DNA of 64,000 bases, taken from assembly GCA_015486015.1 (NCBI GenBank), contig WFSL01000024.1, forward strand, positions 41,780 to 105,779, in the 5' to 3' direction. Under the pieces are notes generated by a model. It was not told the origin of the DNA. It was given only the letters and a program-made list of their open reading frames with translations, and did not search any database. This stretch comes from Aquificota bacterium. Lineage in GTDB: Bacteria; Thermosulfidibacterota; Thermosulfidibacteria; Thermosulfidibacterales; B14-G1. Shown here piece by piece: positions 17,638-28,449 of this stretch (position 1 is its first letter; the number at the start of each line of letters is the position of its first letter). The position numbers and the translations under genes were made by a program.

Positions 17638-17816
17638 GGACCAGAATTTGCGCAGCGAGAGGAAATTTTTCGTATTATTCTTTACCTTTGTTGGCTTTTG
17701 CTTTAGAAAAAAGGAGGTTGTGCAAGTGGCACGATAGCTTCCATAATAAGATTGAGTAGTTATATGAGGGCTTGAGTGGGTGTTGTGGATTTGGATTGAA
17801 AGATGAGGAGGAGGGC

Positions 17817-18269
17817 ATGAAAAGGTGTTCTTTGAGTATATGTTTGAGCATACTTCTCACTGCCTTTCCGTCTGTGTTATGTGCTCGATCTGCCATCTTT
17901 ATCCTGATGGAGAGGTATGATCCCAACACCGAGCTTGCCCTTGAGGGTCAGGTCTTGAGGGACCTGACGGTAAAGGGGGCTTCTTCTGATAGACCTGTCG
18001 TAATCCCTGTCTCTATGAAGGGGAGGGTAATTTTTGTGATCCTGGGTCCCCATTGGTTTGTGAGGAACATGGGGATCTACCTGAGGAAAGGAGAATTGGT
18101 TCGGGTTGTGGGCTCAAAGGTCTATGGTAGAGATGGTAGGCTTTATATAATTGCCAGGGAGTTGTTCATCTCAGGTGGGAAGAGCTACCGTATCTATATA
18201 TTTAGGAATAAGCGTTATGTGCCTTTCTGGTATAGAACGAAGGAGACAGGCTATCCCATGCGCAGGTGA
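17817..18269 (+). CDS. Hypothetical secreted protein
   Basis: Signal peptide MKRCSLSICLSILLTAFPSVLCA. I recognise no conserved motifs. Its 3' end overlaps the rpoN 3' end in convergent orientation. Confidence 0.4.
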   Translation: MKRCSLSICLSILLTAFPSVLCARSAIFILMERYDPNTELALEGQVLRDLTVKGASSDRPVVIPVSMKGRVIFVILGPHWFVRNMGIYLRKGELVRVVGSKVYGRDGRLYIIARELFISGGKSYRIYIFRNKRYVPFWYRTKETGYPMRR

Positions 18270-19510
18270 GGTCCTCTCCTTTCTCTGCTCGAGGGAATTC
18301 CAAGCTCCATTCGATATTTGGTCACCGTACGCCGGGCCACCTTGTAGCCCCTCTTATTGAGCTCTTGTGCTATTTTTTCATCCCCCATAGGGGAGCGAGG
18401 GTCTTCTGCCTTAATCAGATTGTAGATAATCTCCTTGACTTCTCCTGCTTCCCCTTTGAAGAAGACACGAAGGGGGAAGGTGCCCCTGGGAGTATGGATG
18501 TACTTCCCTGTGAGAAGCCTCTGGACGGTTGATTTGCTCACCCCAAGGATGCGGGCTGCCTCCTCTGTAGATAGGGCTACAGGACTTGACCGTTTTGCGA
18601 GAAAGAATTTCCATTCCTTTTCCCCTATGTAGCGTCCAAGTTTCTTCAGGTACCTCTCTCTTAGCATGAGGCCCCTGATGGTGCCCAGGGCCTTGGCCCT
18701 CTTGTCCCGTAGATAGTGCCGGAGTTCTGGATTCCCAGGTATGGCCTTCACCCTCCTGCTGAGTGCCAGTTTTGGAATTCTATCTTGAGTGAGGGATACG
18801 ATAAGCTCTTCCCCTACATACAGGATCACGATGTCAGCCCGGATCCCGCCTTCCGTGTCTTGTGAGAAAGATGCTCCTGGGAAAGGGGTGAGATGAGAGA
18901 TACGCTCTACTACTTCTTCCAGCTCCTGAGGGGTGATCCTGAGCCTGGTGGCGAGGCGCCTTTTCTTCCCTTGCAAGAGAAGTTCCCAGCCCCTTGTCAG
19001 AAGTTCTTGTACCTTTTTGTCCTGTGGGTAAAGGAGCCTTGCCTGCATGAGGAGGCTCTCTTTCACGTTTCGGGCACCACACCCTATGGGATCTAAGGTA
19101 GAGAGGAGCCTTCTTCCTTCCTCTACATCCTCCAGGGTGGTAGATAACTCTTTTGCAATCTCGATAGGATCCCTTTCCAGGAACCCCTTGGGATTTAGAT
19201 AGGGGATCAGTTGACTGGCAGCCTCTCGGGCCCTTTGGGGGATATTCATGGTATAGAGCTGTTCATTCAAGTGCTCATGGAGGGTTTTCCCCTTATCGGC
19301 CAGCTTTTCCCACCAAGGGGTGGAGTCCTGTTCTTCTTCATCCCATGGAAACTCCCTCACCTCTATGAAGGGGTTTTCTTCTGCCTCTTGCCATATGGTC
19401 TCTTCCAGCTCCACCTGGGGCATGGCAATGAGACGCATGGCTTGGATAAGCACGGGCGTAACCCTGAGTTCAGGGCGTAGGGTGGTCTCTAAGTGTGTTT
19501 CAAGGGCCAT
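18251..19510 (-). CDS. rpoN: RNA polymerase sigma-54 factor
   Basis: N-terminus MALETHLETTLRPELRVTPVLIQAMRLI (region I, Leu/Gln pattern) and the C-terminal RpoN box ARRTVTKYRMELGIPSS with an HTH. Confidence 0.9.
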   Translation of the reverse strand: MALETHLETTLRPELRVTPVLIQAMRLIAMPQVELEETIWQEAEENPFIEVREFPWDEEEQDSTPWWEKLADKGKTLHEHLNEQLYTMNIPQRAREAASQLIPYLNPKGFLERDPIEIAKELSTTLEDVEEGRRLLSTLDPIGCGARNVKESLLMQARLLYPQDKKVQELLTRGWELLLQGKKRRLATRLRITPQELEEVVERISHLTPFPGASFSQDTEGGIRADIVILYVGEELIVSLTQDRIPKLALSRRVKAIPGNPELRHYLRDKRAKALGTIRGLMLRERYLKKLGRYIGEKEWKFFLAKRSSPVALSTEEAARILGVSKSTVQRLLTGKYIHTPRGTFPLRVFFKGEAGEVKEIIYNLIKAEDPRSPMGDEKIAQELNKRGYKVARRTVTKYRMELGIPSSRERRGPHLRMG

Positions 19511-19523
19511 GCCTGGGTGGTCC

Positions 19524-20225
19524 CTATCCTCCATCTTTTTCCCCTTTTTTAAGGCCCGACTTTCCAAAGCGCCTACCCAGCTCCCTGTATATCTCTTCAG
19601 GTGGGATATTGTGGTATCCCATGGCGACCAATGCATGGAAAAACAGGTCCCCCATCTCGTATATGATCCTTTCCTTCTTTCCGTCTTTGCAGGCCATCAC
19701 CACCTCTGTGGCCTCCTCGCCCACCTTCTTTAGGATGGCGTCGTGTCCCTCCCTGAAGAGAGAAGCCACATAGGAGTCTCTCCGCTCCACGTGGTGTCTC
19801 CTATCAAGTATCACTTCGTATATATGCTCCAGGATAGTGCATCCCTCACCGTACACCTCTTCAGGTTTGAATATCTTCTTCTCTGCTTTTCTCCAACCTT
19901 TTGCGCTCATGGTTCTGAAGAAACAGCTCCTGTAACCCATGTGGCAGGCAGCCCCTATCTGGTCTACCTTTACCAGGATGGTGTCGCTGTCGCAGTCAAT
20001 GCGGATCTCCTGCACCTTCTGCACATGCCCTGACTCCTCCCCCTTTTTCCATAAGCGTCCCCTCGAACGGCTCCAGAAGTGAGTATAGCCTGTCTCCAGG
20101 GTTTTCCTCAGGGCCAGCTCATTCATGTATGCCACCATGAGCACCTCACCGCTATGGACATCCTGAATGATCGCGGGTACCAAGCCCCTGTCGTCAAACT
20201 TTATCTCCTTTAGCAGGTGCTCCAT
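19524..20225 (-). CDS. hisIE: Bifunctional phosphoribosyl-AMP cyclohydrolase / phosphoribosyl-ATP pyrophosphatase
   Basis: N-terminal HisI domain (GLVPAIIQD...[17 protein letters not shown]...CD.D) fused to a C-terminal HisE MazG-like domain ([11 protein letters not shown]...EEATEVVMA). Confidence 0.88.
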   Translation of the reverse strand: MEHLLKEIKFDDRGLVPAIIQDVHSGEVLMVAYMNELALRKTLETGYTHFWSRSRGRLWKKGEESGHVQKVQEIRIDCDSDTILVKVDQIGAACHMGYRSCFFRTMSAKGWRKAEKKIFKPEEVYGEGCTILEHIYEVILDRRHHVERRDSYVASLFREGHDAILKKVGEEATEVVMACKDGKKERIIYEMGDLFFHALVAMGYHNIPPEEIYRELGRRFGKSGLKKGEKDGG

Positions 20226-20325
20226 CCACCTTCCTCCTTCAGGTAGTATAAATGCCTATATAACATGAAAAATTCCTTTGCAAAGGTGAAGTGTTCATCT
20301 ATACTTGCAACACAGGGAGAAGGGG

Positions 20326-22080
20326 ATGAATAGGGCCATAAAACATCTGCGTATCGCCTTAGCTCAGGTGAACATCACCGTGGGTGACTTAGATGGAAAC
20401 GTGCAGAAGATCCTTCAATATACTCAAGAGGCTAAGGAGAAAGGGGCCCATATAGTGGCCTTTCCTGAGCTGGCAGTTCCAGGTTATCCTCCTGAGGACT
20501 TGCTTTTAAAACCTCAGTTTATAGAAGAGAACGTGGATGCCCTCTACCACCTGGCTGCCCAGGTGCAGGGTATTACGGTGGTGGTAGGTTACGTGGATGC
20601 CAGCGATGATATCTATAATGCTGCCGCCATCATCCATGATGGGGAGGTGAAGGGGATATACAGGAAGATATTTCTCCCCAACTATGGGGTATTTGATGAA
20701 AATCGCTACTTTCAACAGGGGAGGGAGACCCCTGTGTTTGTCATCAATGGGGCTGTAGTTGGGATAAACATTTGTGAGGACATCTGGTATGCAGAGGGAC
20801 CTGTCTTAGCCCAGTGTCTGGGGGGAGGGGCAGAGGTAATTATCAATATTTCTGGCTCCCCATTCCATGTGGGGAAGAGGGCCTTCCGTGAGAGGATGCT
20901 CTCGGTTAGGGCTTCTGACAATTGCGCCATTGTGGCCTATGCCAACCTGGTAGGGGGGCAGGATGAACTGGTTTTCGATGGGGGCTCCATGGTCTTTGAC
21001 GAAACTGGTCACCTCCTGGCTCAGGCCAAAATCTTCCACGAAGACCTCCTCGTTTTGGACCTGGATGTAGAGGCTGTATTTAGGACCCGGCTTCACGATC
21101 CCAGAAGGAGGAAAGAGAAGCTTTCTTTCCCCACCCAGGTTCCCGTCATTCATATATCAGGGCCTTCTCCTGTTCCTCTCGCGCCCTTGGAAGAGAGGGA
21201 GACCAGAGAGGTGCTTTCCAAGGAAGAGGAGATTACCAGGGCCCTCATAGTGGGAACCCGAGACTATATTCGGAAAAACGGATTCAAAAAGGTTGTGATA
21301 GGCCTCTCGGGGGGCATAGATTCCAGTCTGGTGGCGGCCATTGCTGTTGAAGCCTTGGGCCCTGAGAACGTCATCGGGGTCCTTATGCCTTCCCAGTACA
21401 CCTCCCAGGCCAGCATCACTGATGCCCTGGATCTTGCTAAGAATCTGGGCATCAAGACTTACATCCTTTCGATACAGGAGATTTTCGATAACTATAAGGA
21501 GGAACTCCGAAAGGAGGCCTTCAGAGGTTTGGGGGAAGATGTTACTGAAGAGAACATCCAGGCCAGGATCAGGGGTAACTTTCTTATGGCCCTGTCCAAT
21601 AAGTTTGGCTGGATAGTGCTCACTACAGGGAATAAGAGCGAAATGAGCTGTGGTTACGCTACTCTTTATGGGGATATGGCCGGGGGATTTGCTGTCATCA
21701 AAGATGTTTTCAAGACCACGGTCTATAAAATAGCAGAGCATGTAAATAAAAGGGCCAACAGAGAGATTATTCCTAAGAATATCTTTCTCAAACCCCCTTC
21801 AGCAGAGCTGAAACCTGACCAGACAGACCAAGATACACTTCCCCCTTATGATGTCCTCGATCCTATCTTGGAAGCCTATGTGGAGAAAGACAAGAGCTTT
21901 CAGGAGATTGTAGCCATGGGATTTGATCCTTTCCTGGTGAGGAGGGTGATAAATATGGTGGACAGAAACGAATATAAGCGCCGTCAGGCCCCTCCCGGGA
22001 TTAAGATCACTCCCAGGGCCTTTGGTAGGGACAGGAGGCTCCCCATAACTAACAGATACAAGCCATTCCACAAGGTGTAG
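20326..22080 (+). CDS. nadE: Glutamine-dependent NAD+ synthetase (nitrilase + NadE domains)
   Basis: N-terminal CN-hydrolase domain (LRIALAQVN...VAFPEL, catalytic C in NICED) and a C-terminal PP-loop ATPase (GLSGGIDSS). Confidence 0.9.
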   Translation: MNRAIKHLRIALAQVNITVGDLDGNVQKILQYTQEAKEKGAHIVAFPELAVPGYPPEDLLLKPQFIEENVDALYHLAAQVQGITVVVGYVDASDDIYNAAAIIHDGEVKGIYRKIFLPNYGVFDENRYFQQGRETPVFVINGAVVGINICEDIWYAEGPVLAQCLGGGAEVIINISGSPFHVGKRAFRERMLSVRASDNCAIVAYANLVGGQDELVFDGGSMVFDETGHLLAQAKIFHEDLLVLDLDVEAVFRTRLHDPRRRKEKLSFPTQVPVIHISGPSPVPLAPLEERETREVLSKEEEITRALIVGTRDYIRKNGFKKVVIGLSGGIDSSLVAAIAVEALGPENVIGVLMPSQYTSQASITDALDLAKNLGIKTYILSIQEIFDNYKEELRKEAFRGLGEDVTEENIQARIRGNFLMALSNKFGWIVLTTGNKSEMSCGYATLYGDMAGGFAVIKDVFKTTVYKIAEHVNKRANREIIPKNIFLKPPSAELKPDQTDQDTLPPYDVLDPILEAYVEKDKSFQEIVAMGFDPFLVRRVINMVDRNEYKRRQAPPGIKITPRAFGRDRRLPITNRYKPFHKV

Positions 22081-22261
22081 GTGGCTGGTTAGTAGGGCGC
22101 TCTCAATTGAAAAGCCGTTAGAAATCTGAGACTTTTGCAGGGTATGGTTAAAGATGTGCACTCTTTGACACATTTTTGAGGGGGTGTGTATGGAACTTTC
22201 CACATTTACAAGGGGTTTGATGCTTATATAATGGGGCGAGAAAAGAGAGAGGAGGAGGCCC

Positions 22262-23122
22262 TTGAGGTATCCATGTGGGAGGCAGAGGACTCTGGCAAGG
22301 GAAGTGGAAATCAGGGGCTATGGGCTTCATACAGGTAGACCATCCAGTATAAGGATCAGACCTGCTCCTGTGGATACGGGGATAGTGTTTGTAAGAGGGG
22401 ACATAGAGATCCCTGCTCACTATCGTTGGGTGGTGGAGGTTTCAAGGGCCACCAATTTGGGGAGGGAAGGTGTAACCATCAGGACCGTGGAGCATCTTCT
22501 CTCTGCCTTTGCTGGCATGGGAATAGACAATGCGTATGTGGAGGTGAGAGGGGGAGAAGAGATTCCAGGTTTGGATGGGAGCTCAAGGGTCTTTGTTCAA
22601 GAGATGACTGATGCAGGTGTGGTGGAGCAGGAAAAGTCGAGGAGGTGCTGTAAGGTAGTGGAGCACTTCAGATTTGAAAGGGAGGATGGGAGTTTCGTAG
22701 AGGTCTCTCCTAATGGTGGAGGCTTCAAGGCCTGCTGTACCATTCAATATAATCACCCATACCTCGACTTTCAAAGTACCGTCTTTGAGTATGATCCGGG
22801 GTATTATTCAGAGGAGGTAGCTCCTGCCAGAACTTACTGCTTCTATGAGGAGATTGCTCACCTCTTAAAGAAGGGGTTGGGTAGGGGGGGAAACATTCAC
22901 AATGCCGTGGTGATTGGCGCAGAGGGGGTCCTCAATGGTCCTGCACGCTTCGAAGATGAGCCTGTGCGCCACAAGCTCCTGGATCTCCTGGGGGACATGA
23001 AACTCCTTGGATCTCCCATAATGGGGGAGGTCAGAGCCTATAAGGCAGGGCACTCTATGCATCTCAGGTTTTTGGAGGCCTTTGTGGGTAGCAGGGCCTA
23101 TCTCTGGGTAGATGGAAAGTAG
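22262..23122 (+). CDS. lpxC: UDP-3-O-acyl-N-acetylglucosamine deacetylase
   Basis: QRTLAREVEIRGYGLHTG N-terminus, HLLSAF, and HKLLDLLGD...KAGHSMH (zinc ligands) are the LpxC signature. It uses a TTG start after a GGAGGAGG RBS, and a candidate -10 TATAAT lies near 22226. Confidence 0.88.
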   Translation: MRYPCGRQRTLAREVEIRGYGLHTGRPSSIRIRPAPVDTGIVFVRGDIEIPAHYRWVVEVSRATNLGREGVTIRTVEHLLSAFAGMGIDNAYVEVRGGEEIPGLDGSSRVFVQEMTDAGVVEQEKSRRCCKVVEHFRFEREDGSFVEVSPNGGGFKACCTIQYNHPYLDFQSTVFEYDPGYYSEEVAPARTYCFYEEIAHLLKKGLGRGGNIHNAVVIGAEGVLNGPARFEDEPVRHKLLDLLGDMKLLGSPIMGEVRAYKAGHSMHLRFLEAFVGSRAYLWVDGK

Positions 23123-23170
23123 TATTAGCTTTGTCCCCTTGGACTACTCGGCGACTGCCATTTTAAGTAT

Positions 23171-24313
23171 TTAGTTTTCTGCCAAAGTGTTCAGCAGTAT
23201 TATGAGATCTTCTTCCTTCGGGGTCTTGGGGAGTGCTTCCATCACACTCCTTCTGGACATGACCAAATGGACCATTGTGTCTTGCCATTCTTCTTTGTAT
23301 CCTACCTCAGCAAGGCTGATAGGTTGACCCAATCCTGAGAGCCAGTTTCTCAACCATGGCAAGAGACTGGGAAGCTCAATTTGAGCCTTCAGTGCGACTT
23401 CTCTCATCTTCTCTTGAATGTGTTCCCCATAGAACTCCAGCACAGGAGCCATAAAAAGGGCCATGGTGGAACCATGGGGTATCCCGGTAAATGCGGCCAA
23501 GGCATGTCCCAGTTGATGGATGAGACCTGCCCCGGCAGATGCGATGGCCATGCCCCCCAGGAGGCTGGCGAGCATCACCCTTTCCCTCGCTTCAATATCC
23601 TCCCCTTTTGACACAGCCTGAGGCAGGTAGGAGAAGATGAGTTCTATGCCCTTTAAGGCGATGGCATCGGATATAGGAGTGGCCCTTTTTGAGAGGAAGG
23701 CCTCCAAACAGTGCGAGAGTGCGTCTATACCTGCTCTTGCTGTCAGGTCAGGTGGACAAGATAGGGTGAGTAGGGGGTCATTTAGTGCAAACCTTGGGAA
23801 GCTCAGCCTACTTACCACGGGGGCCTTCTTAGGTATCTTTGGATCTATTATGACGGAGTAAGGGGTGACCTCTGAGCCCGATCCACTGGTGGTGGGAATG
23901 GCAATGTAAGGGACCCCTGCTCTGGGGAAGGGTTCGTATTCACCAATGATAGCACTGGGGTCTTTGGGGTTCATGAGGAGCATAGAGGTCAGCTTTGCCA
24001 CGTCCAAGGGACTCCCCCCTCCTACGCCTATTATTATGTGGGGACATACCCCTCTGGCAAAGGCAAGGGTATCCAGCACGGCTTCGACCGTTGGCTCTGG
24101 CGGGACCTTGTAATAGAAGGAAACGCTCTTGCGTGCCTCTTCTACCAGTTCCCCGATCCGTTCGCCCAGGCCCGATTCCTTCACGTGATGGCGTCCTGAA
24201 ACAACCAGGACCCTTCGCGCATCTGGATACTCTTGGAGGAGATCCTTCAGCCGTTCTATCGTTCCTATCCCGAATATCACAGTGGTAGGTAAATGATACT
24301 CCCAGGTTCTCAA
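23171..24313 (-). CDS. Iron-containing alcohol dehydrogenase family protein
   Basis: GGGSPLDVAK NAD-binding motif and the His-rich metal site (GLIHQLGHALAAFTGIPHG) are typical of group III Fe-ADH. Confidence 0.8.
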   Translation of the reverse strand: MRTWEYHLPTTVIFGIGTIERLKDLLQEYPDARRVLVVSGRHHVKESGLGERIGELVEEARKSVSFYYKVPPEPTVEAVLDTLAFARGVCPHIIIGVGGGSPLDVAKLTSMLLMNPKDPSAIIGEYEPFPRAGVPYIAIPTTSGSGSEVTPYSVIIDPKIPKKAPVVSRLSFPRFALNDPLLTLSCPPDLTARAGIDALSHCLEAFLSKRATPISDAIALKGIELIFSYLPQAVSKGEDIEARERVMLASLLGGMAIASAGAGLIHQLGHALAAFTGIPHGSTMALFMAPVLEFYGEHIQEKMREVALKAQIELPSLLPWLRNWLSGLGQPISLAEVGYKEEWQDTMVHLVMSRRSVMEALPKTPKEEDLIILLNTLAEN

Positions 24314-25287
24314 TTGAGATAATCCTCCAGCTTCCTGGACTGTGCCATCTTTTTTAGCTTTTCCAGCGCCCTGGTCTCAAGTTGTCGGACCCTCTCTCGG
24401 CTGATACCCATCATTCTGCCCACCTCCTCTAAGGTCATGGACTTCTCTGTGTCTAATCCGAAGCGGCATCGGAGGATGAGGGCCTCACGAGCTGGCAACT
24501 CCTTTAGGAGGTCCTGAACTTGGGCAGAAAGGGACCACTTGAGCATTTGCTCTTCGGTGCTCAGCATCTTCTCTTCCTCCATGAGGTCTAAGAAGGTGGT
24601 ATCCTCATCGTCTTCCCTGTTGATAGGGGATTCCAGAGAAAGGTGGATACGGGCAACCCTCAAGATGTCTTCCATATCTTTGGGGTCCATCTCTAAGGTC
24701 TCCGCCAGTTCCTCAATCCTGGGCTCCCTCCCCAGTTTCTGGGTGAGCTCTTCGAACTTGTTTCTTATGCGCAGAAGTACCCCTGCCTGCTTAAGGGGTA
24801 GCCGTACCGCTCCTGATTGCTCAGCCAGGGCCTGCATAATGGCCTGTTTGATCCACCATACTGCATAAGAGATGAACTTGACGCCCCTGTCGGGGTCGAA
24901 CCGTTTGGCTGCCTGGATGAGTCCCAGGTTCCCCTCATTAATGAGGTCCATGATGGGTATCCCGTACCCCTTATACCTGCTGGCCACAGAGACTACGAAG
25001 CGAAGATTGGACTCTATCAGCTTTCGCAAGGCTTGCCTATCGCCCTCTCTTGCCCTTTTTGCTAGCTCAATCTCCTCTTCCCTGGTGAGTATTGGATAAT
25101 TACTGATCTTCTTTATGTAGCTATTAAACGCCTCCTCGGGAGTTACTTTAAACTCCTCAATAAGCTCCAAAGGCTCCTCTCTATCCTCTGGTTTTTCCTT
25201 CAAGAGGATGTCCGGGGAGGTACGTCGGAGGGCCTCCCCCCTCTTTTCTCGTACCTCTCCCTTTTTGTTCTTTCCTGCTAATGCCAT
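24310..25287 (-). CDS. RNA polymerase sigma factor, sigma-70 family group 2 (RpoS-like)
   Basis: Regions 1.2-2.4 (TREEEIELAKRA...RFVVSVASRYKGYGIPIMDLINEGNLGLIQAAKRFD), region 3 and the region 4 HTH (TLEEVGRMMGISRERVRQLETRALEKL). It is 325 aa, shorter than the RpoD at 35916. Confidence 0.85.
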   Translation of the reverse strand: MALAGKNKKGEVREKRGEALRRTSPDILLKEKPEDREEPLELIEEFKVTPEEAFNSYIKKISNYPILTREEEIELAKRAREGDRQALRKLIESNLRFVVSVASRYKGYGIPIMDLINEGNLGLIQAAKRFDPDRGVKFISYAVWWIKQAIMQALAEQSGAVRLPLKQAGVLLRIRNKFEELTQKLGREPRIEELAETLEMDPKDMEDILRVARIHLSLESPINREDDEDTTFLDLMEEEKMLSTEEQMLKWSLSAQVQDLLKELPAREALILRCRFGLDTEKSMTLEEVGRMMGISRERVRQLETRALEKLKKMAQSRKLEDYLN

Positions 25288-25290
25288 GTT

Positions 25291-27933
25291 TCACACCACC
25301 TCACCCTCCAGCACCTCCTCCACCTCCTCGGGGTGAAAGACGATTTCGTCTCCAATCTTCTTGACATGCACTACCTCTCCGGGCTTCACTTCTCCCTTGA
25401 GTATCGAGCGAGCCAGTGGATTTTCAATATGTTTCTGGATGGCCCTTCTTAAAGGTCTGGCCCCATACTGAGGATCAAACCCTACCTCTACCAAAAATTC
25501 TTTTACCTCTGAATCCAGGTGTATGTCAATCTTTCTGTCAGAGAGGCGCTTTCTGAGCTTATCTATGAGGAGATCCACAATGTGACGCATATGCTCCTTG
25601 TCCAGGGAATGGAACACGATGATCTCGTCAATCCTGTTCAGAAACTCAGGTCTAAAGTGGACGCGAAGTTCCTGGAGCACTTTTCCCTTCATGTGCTGGT
25701 ACTCTATCTCGTGTTCTTCGCTACCATACGGGGCCCTGGGCGCTGTGATAAACTCACTTCCTACGTTGGAGGTCATAATGATCACCGTGTTCTTAAAAGA
25801 GACCAGGTTGCCCTTTGAGTCGGTGAGCCTTCCGTCCTCCAGGATTTGGAGAAGGATGTTGAAGACCTCAGGATGTGCCTTCTCAATCTCATCCAAAAGT
25901 ACTACGGAATACGGCCTTCTGCGGACCGCCTCCGTGAGCTGGCCTCCTTCCTCGTGGCCTACATACCCTGGGGGTGCCCCGATGAGCCTGGCCACAGAGT
26001 GGCGCTCCATATACTCACTCATGTCCAAGCGCACCATAGCGGCTTCATCGTCAAAGAGGAACTCGGCGAGGGCACGTGCCAGTTCCGTCTTTCCCACCCC
26101 CGTAGGTCCCAGGAAGAGGAATGAAGCCAGGGGCCTGTTTGGGTCTGCAAGGCCTGCCCTGGCCCTGCGAATGGCCTCGGACACAGCCCTTACGGCTACA
26201 TCCTGCCCAATAACCCGTTTGTGGATTGCCTCCTCCATGTGAATGAGCTTTTCTGCTTCTTCCTGGAGCAGTTTAGAGACGGGAATGCCTGTCCATTTGG
26301 AGATAATTTCTGCAATATCCTCCTCTGTTACCTCCTCCTTCAACATAGACCCGTGGCTCTGGATTTCCCTTAGACGACTTGTCTCTTCCTCTAAGTTTTT
26401 CTGTAGCTGTACCAGGGTATCGTACTTGAGGCGTGCAGCCTGTTCCAGATCCCCTGTCCTTTCGGCCTTCTCTAAGGCCAGACGGGTGCCATCTATCTCC
26501 TCCTTGATCTGGCGTATCTTCTGGATTACCTCCTTCTCTGCGAGCCACTGGGCCTTGAGCTCTTCGTATTTGTCCTTGAGGTGCCCTATCTCTTCTTCGA
26601 TCTTGCGGAGGCGCTCTCTTGCAGCGGGGTTATCTTCCCGCTTTACTACCTGCCTCTCTATCTCCAACTGCCTTATCTTTCTGTCCAGTTCGTCTAACTC
26701 TGCTGGCATGGAATCGATCTCCATTCTCAGCTTTGCCGCTGCTTCGTCTATGAGGTCGATGGCCTTATCCGGTAGCCTCCGGTCTGTAAGATACCTGTTG
26801 GAGAGGTAAGCCGCCGCCACCAGAGCAGAGTCTGATATCTTCACCCCATGGTGGATCTCGTATTTCTCCTTTACCCCCCTAAGGATAGAGACCGTATCCT
26901 CCACGTTGGGTTCTGTGACCAGTACCGGCTGGAAGCGCCTCTCCAAGGCAGGGTCTTTTTCTATGTACTTCCTGTATTCCTCTATAGTAGTGGCACCAAT
27001 GCAATGGAGCTCTCCCCTTGCCAAGGCAGGCTTCAGAAGGTTTGAGGCATCCATGGCCCCCTCTGCAGCCCCTGCCCCCACCACAGTATGGATCTCGTCT
27101 ATGAACAGGATTATGCGTCCTTCTGATTCTTGAATCTCCTTCAATACGGCCTTGAGGCGATCCTCGAACTCACCTCTGTACTTGGCCCCGGCAATGAGGG
27201 CACCCATATCCAAGGCCAAGAGTGACTTGTCTTGGAGGGTGATGGGTACATCTCCTGCAGAGATCCTCTGGGCAAGGCCCTCTACAATGGCTGTCTTGCC
27301 CACCCCTGCATCTCCTATGAGGCATGGATTGTTCTTACGCCTGCGGCACAGGATATGGATCACCCGCCTGATCTCCTCATCCCTCCCGATCACAGGATCC
27401 AGTTTTCCCTTTCTGGCCAGATCTGTGAGATCCATGCAGTATCTTTTCAGGGCTTGGTACTTCTCTTCAGGCATTTGATCCGTCACCCTGTGGGGGCCCC
27501 TCACCTCTGCGAGGGCCTTCATGAAGCTCTCCCTCTCCACCCCATGGGAGGCCAAAATGTCATGGACATAAGAGTCTTTCTCTCCTAATAGAGCAGCGAG
27601 GATGTGTTCTGTGCTTACATATTCGTCCTTTAGCCCCTCTGCCTCTTTCAATGCCCGATCCAGTACCCTCTTGCACCTCGGGGAGATGTATACCTCTGTT
27701 GCCCCTCCTACCTTTGGGTATTTCTGAAGTGCTTCCCTGGTGAGCTTTCTGATGTGACCTATATCCAGCCCCATCTTTTGAAGGAGGGGGAGTACCACAC
27801 CCTCCTTTTGCTCCAAGAGGGCATAGAAGAGGTGCTCAGGTTCTATCTGCTGGTGTTCAAATTCCTGGGCCAGGCTGTAAGCCCGCCTTATAGCCTCCTG
27901 GGCTTTTATTGTGAATTTCTCTATGTTAATCAT
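25291..27933 (-). CDS. clpB: ATP-dependent chaperone ClpB
   Basis: Two AAA+ modules ([17 protein letters not shown]; [15 protein letters not shown]) separated by a long coiled-coil M-domain, plus a ClpB-type N-domain. Probable ATG start at MINIEKFT after a GGAGG RBS. Confidence 0.92.
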   Translation of the reverse strand: MINIEKFTIKAQEAIRRAYSLAQEFEHQQIEPEHLFYALLEQKEGVVLPLLQKMGLDIGHIRKLTREALQKYPKVGGATEVYISPRCKRVLDRALKEAEGLKDEYVSTEHILAALLGEKDSYVHDILASHGVERESFMKALAEVRGPHRVTDQMPEEKYQALKRYCMDLTDLARKGKLDPVIGRDEEIRRVIHILCRRRKNNPCLIGDAGVGKTAIVEGLAQRISAGDVPITLQDKSLLALDMGALIAGAKYRGEFEDRLKAVLKEIQESEGRIILFIDEIHTVVGAGAAEGAMDASNLLKPALARGELHCIGATTIEEYRKYIEKDPALERRFQPVLVTEPNVEDTVSILRGVKEKYEIHHGVKISDSALVAAAYLSNRYLTDRRLPDKAIDLIDEAAAKLRMEIDSMPAELDELDRKIRQLEIERQVVKREDNPAARERLRKIEEEIGHLKDKYEELKAQWLAEKEVIQKIRQIKEEIDGTRLALEKAERTGDLEQAARLKYDTLVQLQKNLEEETSRLREIQSHGSMLKEEVTEEDIAEIISKWTGIPVSKLLQEEAEKLIHMEEAIHKRVIGQDVAVRAVSEAIRRARAGLADPNRPLASFLFLGPTGVGKTELARALAEFLFDDEAAMVRLDMSEYMERHSVARLIGAPPGYVGHEEGGQLTEAVRRRPYSVVLLDEIEKAHPEVFNILLQILEDGRLTDSKGNLVSFKNTVIIMTSNVGSEFITAPRAPYGSEEHEIEYQHMKGKVLQELRVHFRPEFLNRIDEIIVFHSLDKEHMRHIVDLLIDKLRKRLSDRKIDIHLDSEVKEFLVEVGFDPQYGARPLRRAIQKHIENPLARSILKGEVKPGEVVHVKKIGDEIVFHPEEVEEVLEGEVV

Positions 27934-28031
27934 TTTGGTCACCTCCTTGCCTATTCTCCTGCATCAGATAATATAATATTTCGCTCATAAAATTTGAATA
28001 TAATATACTAAAATTTCAAGGTCGGCGGAAG

Positions 28032-28427
28032 CTATTTTCCTTTTTCTTGGATCCTTACCTTTACCATATAGGAGGGAGCTACCTTGACCAGGGCAGTAGG
28101 GCTTTCTTCCCTGAGGCGCTCTATCTCAACCTCCATGTACTTTCCCAGGATAGCAGCCAGCCTCTCAATCTCCTGCTGGAGCTCTTCAATCTGCTCCCTG
28201 AGGCGGAGGATCACTTCCACTCCTGCCAAATTGATCCCCATCTCCCTCGTGAGGGTGAGGATGGTGCGGAGGCGATCCACATCATCTTGGGAGTAAAGTC
28301 TCGTATTTCCTTCTGTCCTCGCAGGCTTAATGAGCCCCTCCCTTTCATAGAGGCGGAGGGTTTGGGGATGTATGTTGAACATCTTTGCCACCGTGGATAT
28401 GAGATACAGCGGTCTGTCCCTCTCCAT
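28032..28427 (-). CDS. hspR: MerR-family heat-shock repressor
   Basis: YLISTVAKMFNIHPQTLRLYEREGLI MerR-type HTH. Its position directly downstream of dnaK and cbpA matches the HspR operon organisation known from Streptomyces and Helicobacter. Confidence 0.75.
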   Translation of the reverse strand: MERDRPLYLISTVAKMFNIHPQTLRLYEREGLIKPARTEGNTRLYSQDDVDRLRTILTLTREMGINLAGVEVILRLREQIEELQQEIERLAAILGKYMEVEIERLREESPTALVKVAPSYMVKVRIQEKGK

Positions 28428-28449
28428 TTTTACCTCCCCTCGAAGCTCT

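Noticed and set aside
17735-17750. TGGCACG heptamer as a sigma-54 promoter
   Set aside because: The -24 element is perfect, but no GC dinucleotide occurs at the required -12 spacing (GG-N10-GC). It is recorded only as a weak candidate.
21157-21741. 194-aa minus-strand ORF
   Set aside because: It is antisense to nadE, which has clear nitrilase and PP-loop motifs.
25598-26809. Two long plus-strand ORFs (214 and 188 aa), Ser-rich and low-complexity
   Set aside because: Both lie entirely inside clpB on the opposite strand, which has unambiguous AAA+ motifs. They are antisense artefacts.
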